Below are positions 62,948-64,000 of a stretch of 64,000 nt of DNA, piece by piece; position 1 is the first letter of the stretch; each line of letters opens with the position of its first letter. Below the pieces are notes generated by a model, which was given only the letters and a program-made list of their open reading frames with translations, made no database searches and had not been told where the DNA came from. The DNA is from an uncultured Actinomycetes bacterium (GTDB lineage: Bacteria; Actinomycetota; Actinomycetes; Streptosporangiales; Streptosporangiaceae). The position numbers and the translations under genes were made by a program. The stretch covers positions 11,641 to 75,640 of the forward strand of contig CAVYPZ010000002.1 of assembly GCA_963770535.1 (NCBI GenBank), given 5' to 3'.

Positions 62948-64000
62948 ATGCCTGACCCAAGGCTGGTATCTCGCGCGCAACGCGCCGCGACAATGTTGGA
63001 GCGGGCATGGGAACGATGGCGCGCCACGCAGGGCCTGGAGACCGAGCCCATGCCACCGGTCTCGAGCTATGTGGGCTACTCGATCGAGGAGCCGTGGGGA
63101 CGGCCCCGGGTCGTCTTCGGCGTGAACGCCGAGGACGCCGAGCGGCTCGCGGCGTTGCTGCAGGAGAGCGTCGGCTACGGGCCGGATGGCCTGCCCCGGG
63201 CCGCCGACCCCGGTTACCGGCCGCCCGTCCCGGGCGCGTTCGCGGCGGACCGGCCGGCCGTGCCGGAGCGCGGATACCCCGACCTTGGATACGCCGACCG
63301 CGGGTACTCAGACCGCGGGTACGACCAGAGCCTGCTCGACGACGTGCGCGGGCGGATTCCCGTGCAGGGCTGGCCGCCGGAGTTCAGCGACAGCCGTGAG
63401 CAGCTGAACGGGGCCGGGCCCAGCCATCCGGACGAGCCTCAGCTCCCCCTCGACCTGGGTACCGCGCGGGCCGACGAGGCCGCCGGGGACCTGCTCCGGC
63501 CCGATGAGCCCGGACAGGTTCCCGACCTGAAACTGCCCGGCGAGCTGGGGCTGTCCGATGAGTTCCGGGCGCCGGGAGATGTCGCGGACCAGGGCGGGTT
63601 CCCGGTGGGTGAGAGTCTCCCGGGCGGTCAGGGGTTCGGGCCCTGCGGTGAGGGATTCGGGTCCGGCGGCGAGGGGCTCGGGCCCGGCGGCAGGGAAGTC
63701 CCGCCGCCCGGCGATCTGGGGCCCGCGGCTGAGCGCGGGGTATCCGGCCTCGGCGCCCCGTATGGCGTGCCCTACGCGGGGGGCGCGCCCTACGCGGGCC
63801 CGCCGCCGGCCGTCCCGTACACCGGGGAGCCCTACGACCCCGACGGGCCCTACGGCCCGTATGGCCCGGCCGCTTCCTACGAGGGGATCACCGGCGAGGC
63901 CGAAGCCGAAGCCGGGGGCGGGGACGGCCGCGGCGGGGACGGCCCGCGCGATCTGGACGCCCGCGACGGGTCGGGGCCCGGTGAAGACGCGCCCGGAACG
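62948..64000 (+). CDS. Pro/Gly/Tyr-rich low-complexity protein with conserved-looking N-terminus, partial (runs off window end)
   Basis: ATG after GGGGAGGA gives MPDPRLVSRAQRAATMLERAWERWRATQGLETEPMPPVSSYVGYSIEEPWGRPRVVFGVNAEDAERLAALLQ.. The frame has no stop up to position 64000, so it is absent from the ORF track. Confidence 0.55.
   Translation, partial: MPDPRLVSRAQRAATMLERAWERWRATQGLETEPMPPVSSYVGYSIEEPWGRPRVVFGVNAEDAERLAALLQESVGYGPDGLPRAADPGYRPPVPGAFAADRPAVPERGYPDLGYADRGYSDRGYDQSLLDDVRGRIPVQGWPPEFSDSREQLNGAGPSHPDEPQLPLDLGTARADEAAGDLLRPDEPGQVPDLKLPGELGLSDEFRAPGDVADQGGFPVGESLPGGQGFGPCGEGFGSGGEGLGPGGREVPPPGDLGPAAERGVSGLGAPYGVPYAGGAPYAGPPPAVPYTGEPYDPDGPYGPYGPAASYEGITGEAEAEAGGGDGRGGDGPRDLDARDGSGPGEDAPGT

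Overview
High-GC actinobacterial chromosome segment. The lineage call (Actinomycetota, probably a mycelial Streptomyces- or Streptosporangiales-like organism) is an inference from gene content: bldC, vdh, an LCP protein, a BKD operon, and purS/Q/L/F/M with their usual DUF3073 and sterol-carrier neighbours.

The window has two parts.

(1) About 1-21.2 kb is an accessory mosaic.
- It holds three toxin-antitoxin modules (two vapBC, one hicAB), a two-component system, and small enzymes (APH, GNAT, VOC, alpha/beta hydrolase).
- It also holds a frameshifted IS701-like element, other IS scraps and two tyrosine-integrase fragments.
- Most notably, at least nine copies or fragments of one roughly 100-230 nt non-coding unit are present. 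The unit consists of tandem 11-nt arm-type motifs, a conserved arm, the 3' half of a tRNA-Gly(CCC), and an integrase-tail arm. This is attP-like P-O-P' architecture.
- These units split the region into integrase-less cargo modules of about 0.7-7 kb. That is the most unusual structure in the window.

(2) About 21.3-64 kb is mostly core genome.
- Genes include a sensor-like extension fused to a ScpB-type decarboxylase, an alkylsulfatase next to a SulP relic and a GAP protein, and DUF2252.
- There is also a homocysteine methyltransferase, a DUF3311 plus solute:sodium symporter pair, and an orphan SPPY DNA methyltransferase.
- A translationally coupled GT2 (cellulose-synthase-like), GH26 and GT39 operon sits with an SDR enzyme and an LCP protein.
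- Further on are acyl-CoA dehydrogenases, bkdABC, the pur genes (with an anti-sigma-type kinase wedged between purS and purQ), vdh and bldC.

No rRNA gene, intact tRNA gene or CRISPR array was seen. Many long ORFs in the track are antisense shadows typical of high-GC DNA. Start codons are best guesses and no similarity search could be run.
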